64,000 bases of DNA from Oscillospiraceae bacterium (GCA_024684395.1 JAIKWY010000094.1:10459-74458); one strand, 5' to 3'. Shown: positions 46,456 to 54,427, numbered from the stretch's first letter. Numbers and translations are program-made. Notes: a model not told the origin generated them from the letters alone.

Positions 46456-47016
46456 TCAGCGGCGAACAGCGATGACAGGGCGGACGCCTGCGACCGAATT
46501 GATATTCAGATTCCGCCCGCCGTCATTGATTTTATTGGGATGATCCCCACTCTCGATCACATTGGCTGCCTGAGACAGTGCCTCTCCATCATTGGGAGCC
46601 GAACGGAGCAGCCAGACGTCCCGGCGCCGGATGCCGATATACTGCCCGATATGCTGCGGCACAAGGAACGGCGCCACGCCTCTGAACGGTATCTTCTTAC
46701 CGACCAGATACGCCCGTGCCTCATCTGCATCCAGCAGCCACACACGATCTGTCGTATCCGCGCTGTGCTTGGTTTTCACAGTATACGGCACGATCCTGTC
46801 GCTGCAGCAGGAGAACGCCTCCTGAAAAAAAGCTCCGTTAAGCCAGGCACGCAAAGAGCTGTTTTCCCAAGTACATGGTCCAAACCCCTCCTGCGCATTG
46901 AACGGCAGATAGGCGATGATCTCGTCACACAGCAGCAGACGGCAGTCCGCAGTCTGTGCGATCTCCGTCCATGTCAGTGCATGTCCCTGATACAAGCCGA
47001 GTCTCTCGCTGAACAA
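46456..47016 (-). CDS. DUF6273-like protein
   Basis: Motifs: TWENSSLRAWLNGAFFQEAF, VWLLDADEA, VWLLRSA...VAGVRPVIAV. No signal peptide. Confidence 0.6.
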   Translation of the reverse strand: MFSERLGLYQGHALTWTEIAQTADCRLLLCDEIIAYLPFNAQEGFGPCTWENSSLRAWLNGAFFQEAFSCCSDRIVPYTVKTKHSADTTDRVWLLDADEARAYLVGKKIPFRGVAPFLVPQHIGQYIGIRRRDVWLLRSAPNDGEALSQAANVIESGDHPNKINDGGRNLNINSVAGVRPVIAVRR

Positions 47017-47027
47017 TTCAGTTATCC

Positions 47028-47366
47028 TCAGAAATTCCCGCCGTTCCAGCCCCAGTTCGAGGTGCCGAAATAGCTGACATATGTCCGGTCAGCCGGCACA
47101 TTCAGCTCCGCCTCAAGGATGGAGCAGATCTTGCCGGTCAGTGCATCGGTACCCTGCGCACCGGTGCCGTAGGTCTGTACCTGCACCATCGCAGCAGGCG
47201 CATCGCTGCCCTTGAAGTACAGCGCACACTCCGGCTCAAAGCCGACCATGAGCCATGCTTCGCTCTTCCCCGGCAGTGCGGTGATCGCCTTGCCGAGCTG
47301 TGCCTTGATGGCATCCATCTTCTCCTTGGATACCGCAGTGTTGGTCTTGACATTGATAAACGGCAT
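47028..47366 (-). CDS. MIF / phenylpyruvate tautomerase family protein
   Basis: Start trimmed to MPFINVKTN (catalytic Pro1 after Met). The C-terminus SNWGWNGGNF parallels the VGWNNSTF of MIF. Confidence 0.8.
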   Translation of the reverse strand: MPFINVKTNTAVSKEKMDAIKAQLGKAITALPGKSEAWLMVGFEPECALYFKGSDAPAAMVQVQTYGTGAQGTDALTGKICSILEAELNVPADRTYVSYFGTSNWGWNGGNF

Positions 47367-47401
47367 AATAAAGCCCTCCTTTTTATGATAAAGCCTTTGC
47401 T

Positions 47402-48367
47402 TTAATAATACGTCGCTACTTCCTGCTCCGGCGCATCCGTCAGGATGACAGCACCGATCTTGAGCACGGGTCCCTTGTTCTTGTAGAGTCTGTGGCGCTG
47501 CACGGAGATGGTCGCCGTCACACGTACCCACTGGCGGTTCTCCATCATCTGCGCCTTCTCCCATTCTGCCACGAACCAGCAGTACTGGATGTCCTCCACA
47601 CAGCAGGTCATGACATGCCGCCCGACAGCGAACACATTCTTCGGGAACTTCGGATCACGAGCCGCAACGCCCCGGAAGGTCACGGTCTTGCCGTCATACT
47701 TCTCCGGCTCCTCCATGATGTCCCGGTAAAACAGCGCAAAATCCGCATCCTCGATCGTGATGTCGTCCTTTGTGATGTCAAAGGGCAGCGGATCCTCGAT
47801 ATCGTCATAGGCGACCTGTCCGTCCGTCAGCTCATAGGCGATCTGCGTCCGGCGGGAAACGCCCCGCACGATCTTGTGGAACTCCATCTGATCCATCTTG
47901 TCGATGTCGAACCGGTTGAAGACCACCAGCTCGCTGACATTGATCTTGTCCACCACGAGCGAACGCATGTTGGCATTGTAGTTCAGGAACGTGTTGGAAT
48001 CCACGAAGCACATCGCCTGGTACACCGCCCACTCCACAGGCAGCCGCTCGAACAGGTCATTGACCGTCCACATGCCGTTGTACTCCAGTACCACACGCAC
48101 CGCACCGGTCTCTTTCAGGAGCTTCCGCAGGTTCTGCTCGTTGAAGTCCTCCTGCTCCGTAACGACCTTCTGCACCACGTTCTTGCTTGCCCAGCGGGAC
48201 GGGTCAAATTCCTCGATACCCTCCTCGCAGATGAGCAGCAGCGTGCGCTCGCCGTTGTTGAAGCGCTCGTCTTCGAGCGTCTCCTGGATGAACTTGGTCT
48301 TGCCGCCCTCCAGGAAGCCGAGGAACAGATATACCGGGATGTCCTCGATAGGTTGATTCATAGGCAT
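47402..48367 (-). CDS. CobW-like N-domain fused to DUF1980/TIGR03943-type C-terminal domain
   Basis: Degenerate P-loop: FLGFLEGGKTKF. The C-terminus has GRHVMTCCVEDIQYCWF, the CC metal-site pattern of DUF1980. Confidence 0.65.
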   Translation of the reverse strand: MPMNQPIEDIPVYLFLGFLEGGKTKFIQETLEDERFNNGERTLLLICEEGIEEFDPSRWASKNVVQKVVTEQEDFNEQNLRKLLKETGAVRVVLEYNGMWTVNDLFERLPVEWAVYQAMCFVDSNTFLNYNANMRSLVVDKINVSELVVFNRFDIDKMDQMEFHKIVRGVSRRTQIAYELTDGQVAYDDIEDPLPFDITKDDITIEDADFALFYRDIMEEPEKYDGKTVTFRGVAARDPKFPKNVFAVGRHVMTCCVEDIQYCWFVAEWEKAQMMENRQWVRVTATISVQRHRLYKNKGPVLKIGAVILTDAPEQEVATYY

Positions 48368-48387
48368 ATATTTGCTCCTTTCAGGCG

Positions 48388-49566
48388 TTACTCAGCCTTG
48401 AACAGCTTGGCGATGGCATCCTCCTTGATCCCCGAACCGATGACGCACAGCCGTCCGATGGTCGCCGCACAGCCGTGGCGCACATCCGGCGTACCGGGCA
48501 CATAATCGTAGTGGATCCACTGCCCGTCCGCACCGGCAACAATGCCCTTTGCACGCAGGATCATGCCGTAAGTCTCCGCATCGGACAGTGCTTCAAGTGC
48601 CGTCCGGATCTCCTCGGTGGTGTAAGTCCGTGCCGTCTCAGCGCCCCAGCTCTGGAACACCTCATCGGCATGGTGATGATGCTCATGGTCGTGGTCATGA
48701 TCGTGGCAGCCGCATGTGCAGTCCGGACCGTGGTCATGATGATGCTCATGCTCGTCATGATCATGGTGATGATGCTCGTGCTCATCATGGTCATGATGAT
48801 GCTCATGCTCCTCCTCGTCATGGTCATGATGGTGATGCTCATGCTCCTCATCCTCGTCATGGTCATGATGATGGTGATGCTCATGCTCCTCATCCTCGTC
48901 ATCGTGATGATGATGGTGATGGTCATGCTTTGCAGCCTCCTCGAGGAGCGCTGCCAGCTCATCGTCAATGGTATTCTTCTGGGTCATGGCATCGGTGATC
49001 TGCTCACCGGTGAGCGCATCCCAGTCGGTGGTGACGATAGGTGCCTTGGCGTTCTTCTCACGCAGCAGCTTGATGACCTCGTCGAGCTTCTCCTGGCTCA
49101 TCCCCTGCGTATGAGAGAGGATCAGGCAGGAGGCATAGGTGATCTGGTTGTCGAAGAACTCACCGAAGTTCTTCTGGTACATCTTGCACTTCTTGGCATC
49201 GACAACGGTCGTGAAGCCGTCGAGCTCCGCATTCTCCATGCCGAGGTTCTGCACCGCACGGATGACATCCGAGAGCTTGCCGACACCGGACGGCTCGATC
49301 AGGATGCGATCCGGATGGTACTGCTCAAGCACCTGCTGGAGCGCCTTGCCGAAGTCGCCCACGAGGGAGCAGCAGATGCAGCCGGAGTTCATCTCCGTCA
49401 CTTCAATACCGGCGTCCTGCAAAAAGCCGCCGTCAATACCGATCTGACCGAACTCATTCTCGATCAGCACCAGCTTCTGATCCCGGTAAGCCTCCGCAAT
49501 GAGCTTCTTGATGAGCGTCGTCTTGCCGGCGCCGAGGAATCCGGAAAAAATCGTGATTTTTGTCAT
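48388..49566 (-). CDS. CobW/G3E-family GTPase metallochaperone with a very long His/Asp/Glu-rich insert
   Basis: Start trimmed to MTKITIFSGFLGAGKTTLI. The CxCC motif is GCICCSL. The insert is HDHHHHHHDDEDEEHEHHHHHDHDEDEEHEHHHHDHDEEEHEHHHDHDEHEHHHHDHDEHEHHHDHGPDCTCGCHDHDHDHEHHHH. Confidence 0.9.
   Translation of the reverse strand: MTKITIFSGFLGAGKTTLIKKLIAEAYRDQKLVLIENEFGQIGIDGGFLQDAGIEVTEMNSGCICCSLVGDFGKALQQVLEQYHPDRILIEPSGVGKLSDVIRAVQNLGMENAELDGFTTVVDAKKCKMYQKNFGEFFDNQITYASCLILSHTQGMSQEKLDEVIKLLREKNAKAPIVTTDWDALTGEQITDAMTQKNTIDDELAALLEEAAKHDHHHHHHDDEDEEHEHHHHHDHDEDEEHEHHHHDHDEEEHEHHHDHDEHEHHHHDHDEHEHHHDHGPDCTCGCHDHDHDHEHHHHADEVFQSWGAETARTYTTEEIRTALEALSDAETYGMILRAKGIVAGADGQWIHYDYVPGTPDVRHGCAATIGRLCVIGSGIKEDAIAKLFKAE
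48690..48935 (-). repeat. imperfect in-frame tandem repeats encoding the His/Asp/Glu tract of the CobW GTPase
   Basis: There are recurrent GTCATGGTCATGATG(ATG)GTGATGCTCATGCTCCTCATCCTC units, for example adjacent 39- and 42-nt units around 48826-48906. Confidence 0.8.
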
Positions 49567-49619
49567 GGTATACATCCTCTTTCTCTGTGATGATGGGTGC
49601 TTTTTATGCACATATTATC

Positions 49620-49648
49620 AGTATACCACTTTTTCCGGATGTTTGCAA
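49620..49648 (-). promoter_or_regulatory. sigma-A-type promoter (CobW gene string)
   Basis: The minus strand reads TTGCAA, 17 nt, TATACT. Confidence 0.55.
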
Positions 49649-49725
49649 GAGGGGGAGCCATTTTTTTCACAGTATTTCCCTACAGCGAAGCCAGGATCGT
49701 TTTTTTGCACAATCTTTTTTCCGTA

Positions 49726-49787
49726 AAAAAGCTTGTGGGAGTCCAGAGGGCCAAGCCCTCTGGTCGCCATCCGCAGATGGCGAAATC
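49726..49787 (+). repeat. double-hairpin repeat, family E copy 1
   Basis: AAAAAGCTTG..CCAGAGGGC-CAA-GCCCTCTGG-TC-GCCATC-CGCA-GATGGC-GAAATC. It ends at the stop codon of the LamG-like gene. Confidence 0.75.
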
Positions 49788-51071
49788 TTAGCCCGTGCCA
49801 TACCCGAACTCCCCCGTACCCGCATTCGTCAGCAGCACATGGCTCACAAAGTCATACATACCCGGTTTACTGTCCGAGAGCCGCACCGCCGGCACCAGAT
49901 CCCGCACGATCGCTTCATCATCGCAGAGCATCGCCGAATACAGCCGCCCGTTGAAGCCCGTCCCCAGAAGCTGATAGCTCCCCGATGCCAGCGCCGAGGC
50001 ATCCGCCGCCGTGCCGTTCACATAGCTGCTGCCCGCACCGACCTGCGTGGCGGAAACGCCGACCTTCAGCAGCACATTGACCTGACTGCCATACTGCACC
50101 GCCTGCCCGTCCGTGCGCACGACCTCCTGCCCGCCGGCATAGTACACCTGCGGATGTGTCGTATCATAGGCATCATACGCAAGCTGCAAGCCCGTCCCCG
50201 CCTGTAGCACCGCCGCCGGGAGAGCGGGAGCGCTGTCGATCCGCAGCCTTGCATTCAGCTGCATATCCGTGGACTGCTGTGCATACCCCGTATCCAGATA
50301 CTGCGTTCCGGTCGCCGAGATCCACACCGGGAATGCCACGCTGTCAAGCGGTACCACGCCGTAACGCTGCATCAGCCATGCGCTGTTCCGTGTGATCTCC
50401 AGATCCGTATGTGCCGCCTCCGCATATGCCATGAAGCGGTATTCGTTGGCATAGCGGGAGTTGAAGTTCTCACGCTTGCCGAGCCAGAGCCGCTGTAACG
50501 TACCGGCACGGTACGTCAGTGTGCCGATAAGATCCCCATCCGCAAAGCACCGCCCCGTCTGCCCCGATACCGAGACCGCCAGTACATGGAACTCGTTGCC
50601 CGGGAGCCTTGTGTCCACATTCTGCCCGTTCTGCGAGCGGAATGCCGCACGGCTCCGCTGATCCCAGCCCGTGCTGATCTCAATGCCCGCCATGCCGGAG
50701 CTCGTGGTGATGCCCGACAGCAGAAACTGCCCGAACCCCGAGTACCAGATGCTCGTTTTCTCCGCCCGTGCGATGAGATAGACCGTGAACTGTGACGGCA
50801 GCACGCCCGTCTGGAAGCTGCCGCCCCCGCCTGCCGGGATCCGGATGACATTGTTTGTCCGTGTGACATTCCCGGAGAAGGCGATGTCCGCACCCTCCAC
50901 CTGATTTTCCCAGCTCTGCGCCGAAAAGCCCGATGCGCTGTCAAAATACCCCTTCACGCCTGTCATGACCGGCATGAAGCCGCTGCGCTCCCAGATTGTC
51001 TGTGTCCCGAGGCAGACCTTCTGCACCGGCACCTCTCCGAGACGAATATCCCCTGCCTGATTCAGGATCAT
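49788..51071 (-). CDS. orphan phage tail-fibre-like / LamG-like protein
   Basis: Start trimmed to MILNQAGDIRLGEVPVQKVCLGTQTIWE behind AAAGGGGGG. The middle has a LamG-like layout. The C-terminus GMYDFVSHVLLTNAGTGEF resembles the tips of Firmicutes/Bacteroidota phage fibre proteins. Confidence 0.55.
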   Translation of the reverse strand: MILNQAGDIRLGEVPVQKVCLGTQTIWERSGFMPVMTGVKGYFDSASGFSAQSWENQVEGADIAFSGNVTRTNNVIRIPAGGGGSFQTGVLPSQFTVYLIARAEKTSIWYSGFGQFLLSGITTSSGMAGIEISTGWDQRSRAAFRSQNGQNVDTRLPGNEFHVLAVSVSGQTGRCFADGDLIGTLTYRAGTLQRLWLGKRENFNSRYANEYRFMAYAEAAHTDLEITRNSAWLMQRYGVVPLDSVAFPVWISATGTQYLDTGYAQQSTDMQLNARLRIDSAPALPAAVLQAGTGLQLAYDAYDTTHPQVYYAGGQEVVRTDGQAVQYGSQVNVLLKVGVSATQVGAGSSYVNGTAADASALASGSYQLLGTGFNGRLYSAMLCDDEAIVRDLVPAVRLSDSKPGMYDFVSHVLLTNAGTGEFGYGTG

Positions 51072-51169
51072 TCCGATCCCCCCTTTCATAAGCAGGCAAA
51101 AAAGCCGTAATTTTTGCCCGTCCGGATGCAAATGTCAAAAAGATAAAAGTTTTTGGTCCAGCTTTTTTC

Positions 51170-51228
51170 AAAAAGCTGGTCAGGTCCAGGGCTGAAAGCC
51201 CTGGTCGCTCGCCGCAGCGAGCAAAATC
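51170..51228 (+). repeat. double-hairpin repeat, family E copy 2
   Basis: AAAAAGCTGG..CCAGGGC-TGAA-GCCCTGG-TC-GCTCGC-CGCA-GCGAGC-AAAATC. It has the same layout as copy 1, with compensated stem changes. Confidence 0.75.
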
Positions 51229-51281
51229 CCCTCGCCGCCTTTATGCGGCGACACTCTGCACACCCGCCCATATCTGCCCAG

Positions 51282-51311
51282 TTGACAATCCCTGCCCACC
51301 TATGGTATAAT
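51282..51311 (+). promoter_or_regulatory. sigma-A-type promoter (NYN gene)
   Basis: TTGACA, 18 nt, TATAAT. Confidence 0.65.
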
Positions 51312-51433
51312 AGAACCAGAAAGCCGGGCAAGCCCCGTCTTTCGGAAGACAGCCCCGAGGCTGCCTTTTACCGCCGTACTGCCGGAGACAGTGCCGGCGT
51401 GCGGGACATCGCAAGAAGACAGGAGGTGAAAAA

Positions 51434-52243
51434 ATGGCAATTTACCTGATAGACTATGAGAATGTCTACATCGAGGGACTGCGGGGCATCGAAGCTCTGA
51501 CGGAGGAAGACACACTGCATATCTTTTATACGCAGAACCGCTGCGGTCTGACCTTCGGACTGTATGAGCAGCTCCTTGCCTGCAAGGCAAAGGTGAAGCT
51601 GAACGAGGTCGATGTCAGCCCCAAAAACAGTGATCCCGTCAAGAACGCACTTGACATCCAGCTCATGATGTTTTTGGGCTACCTCATCGGCGCAAAGAGC
51701 GCAGAGCAGCTCTATATCGTGAGCCGTGACAAGGATTTCACGCTGGGCACCACGTTCTACGAGCGCTTCATCCCGGATGACAGCATCACGCTGCGGATCA
51801 TCCCGGACATTGCCGCATCCTTTGAGAGCGAGCCGGAAGTCCCGGAGGAGCCGGAGCAGGCGGAAACGCCCGTACCGGAGCCCGCCTTTGAGAGCATTGC
51901 AGAAACGCCGCCCTATGCACCGGCTCCAAGCTTTGCGCAGATCGTTGACCGCTATGCGAGCACTGCGCTGCAGCCGGCATTTGACATTCCCGCCCCGGAG
52001 GAGGCGCCGCTGTTTACTGTGCAGTACTACAACACCGTGCGCAATCTCCTCGGGAAGAACACCGATGCCGAGACCATCAGCCGTGTGTGCGAGATGATCT
52101 CTGTATCCGACACACTGGTAGATTTCAACAACGCCCTTGCCCGTTTTTACCGTGACGGTCAGCGTGCCAAGGTCGTCTACCACAAGTTCAAGCCCAGATT
52201 CGAGGATCTGCGGCACCTCTCCCGTGCAGGACGGAAGGGATAA
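51434..52243 (+). CDS. NYN/LabA-like (PIN-related) nuclease-domain protein with Pro/Glu linker and C-terminal helical module
   Basis: Motifs: MAIYLIDYENVY, KNALDIQLMMFLGYL, LYIVSRDKDF. These match the NYN acidic-residue layout. Confidence 0.7.
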   Translation: MAIYLIDYENVYIEGLRGIEALTEEDTLHIFYTQNRCGLTFGLYEQLLACKAKVKLNEVDVSPKNSDPVKNALDIQLMMFLGYLIGAKSAEQLYIVSRDKDFTLGTTFYERFIPDDSITLRIIPDIAASFESEPEVPEEPEQAETPVPEPAFESIAETPPYAPAPSFAQIVDRYASTALQPAFDIPAPEEAPLFTVQYYNTVRNLLGKNTDAETISRVCEMISVSDTLVDFNNALARFYRDGQRAKVVYHKFKPRFEDLRHLSRAGRKG

Positions 52244-52250
52244 CCCAAAA

Positions 52251-52282
52251 GCCTCAGATGCTCTCACGCATCTGAGGCTTTA
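52251..52282 (+). terminator. intrinsic terminator after NYN gene (copy 1 of a duplicated hairpin)
   Basis: GCCTCAGATGC-TCTCAC-GCATCTGAGGC followed by TTT. Confidence 0.7.
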
Positions 52283-52340
52283 GTCTGCCAAAAAAGCCTT
52301 TTGCGGGGTGTGGGGCAGCAGCTCCACACGGGGGGCAGGA

Positions 52341-52381
52341 GGCACCCGAAGCGAGAAACCGGGGTTTCTCGACAAGCTGAG
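52341..52381 (+). repeat. 41-nt repeat, family D copy 1
   Basis: GGCACCCGAAGCGAGAAACCGGGGTTTCTCGACAAGCTGAG, identical to 63620-63660. It contains the hairpin CGAGAAACC-GG-GGTTTCTCG. Confidence 0.9.
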
Positions 52382-52410
52382 CCTCAGATGCGCTGCATCT
52401 GAGGCTTTTT
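52381..52410 (+). terminator. second copy of the same terminator hairpin
   Basis: GCCTCAGATGC-GCT-GCATCTGAGGC followed by TTTTT. Confidence 0.7.
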
Positions 52411-52411
52411 C

Positions 52412-53134
52412 TCATTCTTCTTCACTTTTCAAAGCGATCACGACCCCGTTATACGGGTTCGCAAGCGCCTTATCCACAAACATATCCGTCGGGCGAAGAT
52501 ACTCATGCAGCCGGATCTCCGTGTCCGGATAGACCTGGTTCTGGTAATTCTCCCCCGCCGTCCGCTGGTAGGTCTGATCGTCGATCTTGTACAGCACCTC
52601 GAAGTAATACTCCAGCGCCTGCCCGTTATGATATGCCGCCTCCGGCTGGATGACCGTCTCCCGCAGCTCGTTCAGGAACGCATCCGCATACCGGACATCC
52701 CAGTCCGCCGTGCTGTTGTCGAGCACGATGGTGAACCACTTGTCGAACTCGCCCCGCTCCGTGTTGTCCGACCTCGACAGCACCCCGAATCCGTGCTTTT
52801 CGAGCAGCGCATCCACTTCGGGCTGATGAAATGCATAGCATTTCGGATCATAGTCCGTATAGATCAGATGATCCCCCGTATAGCCCATGACAGTCCCGTC
52901 AATGTTGACAGTTTCCGCCGAAGTCACCGCCGTAAACGTCAGATCCCGCTCCGTGGAACGAAATGCATAGGCATGTTCCTCCGTCTGCGAGACGAGCTCC
53001 GTCTCCTCGCTGATATTGTTTTTGACAAACTCGATCACCTGCTCTCTGGTGGCATAGTTCGGCGAACAGCCCGCCAGCAGCAGACACATCGCCGCCGGCA
53101 CGATCCCCGTCATTCTTCTGCGCATCACAGGCAC
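52412..53134 (-). CDS. lipoprotein, unknown function
   Basis: Lipobox: AAMCLLLAGCS. Confidence 0.65.
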   Translation of the reverse strand: MPVMRRRMTGIVPAAMCLLLAGCSPNYATREQVIEFVKNNISEETELVSQTEEHAYAFRSTERDLTFTAVTSAETVNIDGTVMGYTGDHLIYTDYDPKCYAFHQPEVDALLEKHGFGVLSRSDNTERGEFDKWFTIVLDNSTADWDVRYADAFLNELRETVIQPEAAYHNGQALEYYFEVLYKIDDQTYQRTAGENYQNQVYPDTEIRLHEYLRPTDMFVDKALANPYNGVVIALKSEEE

Positions 53135-53212
53135 CTTCCTTCATGGATTTTCCTTATTATACCATAGCCAAGGAACGCTTGTCAAATAATTTCAGTTTCT
53201 GCGCTCATTGCC

Positions 53213-53241
53213 TTGACATCCCCCCTCTTTTCGTGGTATAC
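53213..53241 (+). promoter_or_regulatory. sigma-A-type promoter (hypothetical 53279..54427)
   Basis: TTGACA, 17 nt, TATACT. Confidence 0.65.
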
Positions 53242-53278
53242 TGAATTTAAAAGACCGACTGAACAGGAGGCTGTTTTT

Positions 53279-54427
53279 ATGGCATCTGATACACAGAACC
53301 CCATGCTTTTTGAGAGCAAGCTCGATGAAGCTGCACTGCTCGGGATGATCCGGGAAGCCTTCCCGGAGACCGAGCCGCAGGATGAATGGCTGCTCTGGAA
53401 AAGCCACACATTGCGCCTGAAGATCGCTTTCGGCGAAGTGCGCCGCATCGACAAGGTTTTCCGGGTACAGCTCCTCATGATCGCACGGCATCCGTGGTTT
53501 GACGAGGATCTTGTCGTTTCCCAGCCCTGCTTTGCACCCGATCCGGAACAGGCGATCCGCAGCGGCATCCGGGACATCATCAACGGAGCGATCCCCAGCC
53601 TGTTGGCTGCCTTCGAGGGCGATACCGCACAGGAGATCACCGCCGATGTTGCCGGCAACAAGCATATCTTCCGGGTACCGAAGCGCCGCATCAACGTCCA
53701 CAAGGGCGACGGCGAGCCGTTCGACATGTTCGCAGCCGTGGAAGAGCTGCTCCCGCAGTACCTCGGCACGAAGCACTGCTACTGGATCGAGCTGAGTTCT
53801 GCCGCTTTCGGCGACAAGCCCGACTGCGATGTCCGCATCAACGGCACCGCCTATCCGGGCATCTCGGCGGAGCTCCTCAGAAAGGCGCTCGGCAGAAAGA
53901 CCGGCGAGGGCTATTCCTCCGACCGGGAACTGATCCTGCTGATCCAGGATCCCGCAACCATCCGCCAGTGCCCGTTCACCAAGCAGCAGGTCGGCGAACT
54001 GACCGCCTATACCATCCGGATGCTACTCCCCATCAAGGACAAGGAATCCTTCGAGCGTCAAACCGCTGCCGTCCGTGAAGCAGCGCCGACGCATTCCCTC
54101 GGCATCGAAGCACTCGCCTTCATCCCGGAGATCATCGCCCATCAGGTGATCCAGTACATGGACAATGACGCCCTGATCCCGGCAGTGAACAAGCGTGAGC
54201 TCCCCGAGCTGAAAAAATCGCAGGTGCGCAGCTACGGCTATATGGAGGACGCCGTCTTCCAGTATCTCTGCAAAGCCAGACCCGAGAAGAGCTCTCTCCA
54301 GCAGCTCCTCTCCTACTCCGGCAAGTTCCGTATGCTCGGTGACGACATCGAAGCCGGCACCCCCATCGCCAACCTCCGCATCCCGCCCCTCGTTTACGAT
54401 GTAGACGAAGGATACGAGGTATGGTAA
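53279..54427 (+). CDS. hypothetical protein
   Basis: Start trimmed to MASDTQNPMLF behind AGGAGG. 382 aa with no recognisable motif. The stop TAA abuts a repeat. Confidence 0.6.
   Translation: MASDTQNPMLFESKLDEAALLGMIREAFPETEPQDEWLLWKSHTLRLKIAFGEVRRIDKVFRVQLLMIARHPWFDEDLVVSQPCFAPDPEQAIRSGIRDIINGAIPSLLAAFEGDTAQEITADVAGNKHIFRVPKRRINVHKGDGEPFDMFAAVEELLPQYLGTKHCYWIELSSAAFGDKPDCDVRINGTAYPGISAELLRKALGRKTGEGYSSDRELILLIQDPATIRQCPFTKQQVGELTAYTIRMLLPIKDKESFERQTAAVREAAPTHSLGIEALAFIPEIIAHQVIQYMDNDALIPAVNKRELPELKKSQVRSYGYMEDAVFQYLCKARPEKSSLQQLLSYSGKFRMLGDDIEAGTPIANLRIPPLVYDVDEGYEVW

Noticed and set aside
46456-46640. Possible diversity-generating retroelement variable region. The C-terminus of the DUF6273-like protein (WLLRS...NKINDGGRNLNINS...GVRP) resembles DGR targets.
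   Set aside because: No template-repeat copy of this DNA and no reverse transcriptase gene occur anywhere in the window. The Asn codons are not concentrated as AAC repeats in the way a VR usually shows.
45313-47016. DarTG-like toxin-antitoxin (a macro-domain antitoxin with an upstream toxin).
   Set aside because: The upstream 186-aa protein has the DUF6273 pattern, not a DarT/DUF4433 ADP-ribosyltransferase pattern. The macro protein also carries an HTH module rather than a DarT-binding domain.
45205-47073. 622-aa plus-strand ORF. Similar long antisense ORFs occur at 10329..11648, 23529..24953, 25012..26220, 29255..30715, 48475..49590 and 51368..52267.
   Set aside because: Each is antisense to genes that have clear motifs, SD sequences and operon logic. 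All are treated as shadow ORFs.
48690-48935. Repeat array that could be mistaken for a CRISPR or minisatellite locus.
   Set aside because: The repeats are in-frame inside a CobW GTPase gene and encode the His/Asp/Glu tract. There are no unique spacers of constant length and no cas genes.
49788-54427. Prophage or integrated element.
   Set aside because: Only one phage-like gene is present. There is no integrase, terminase, capsid, tail-tube or lysis gene and no att-like long direct repeats. I describe it as an accessory islet instead.
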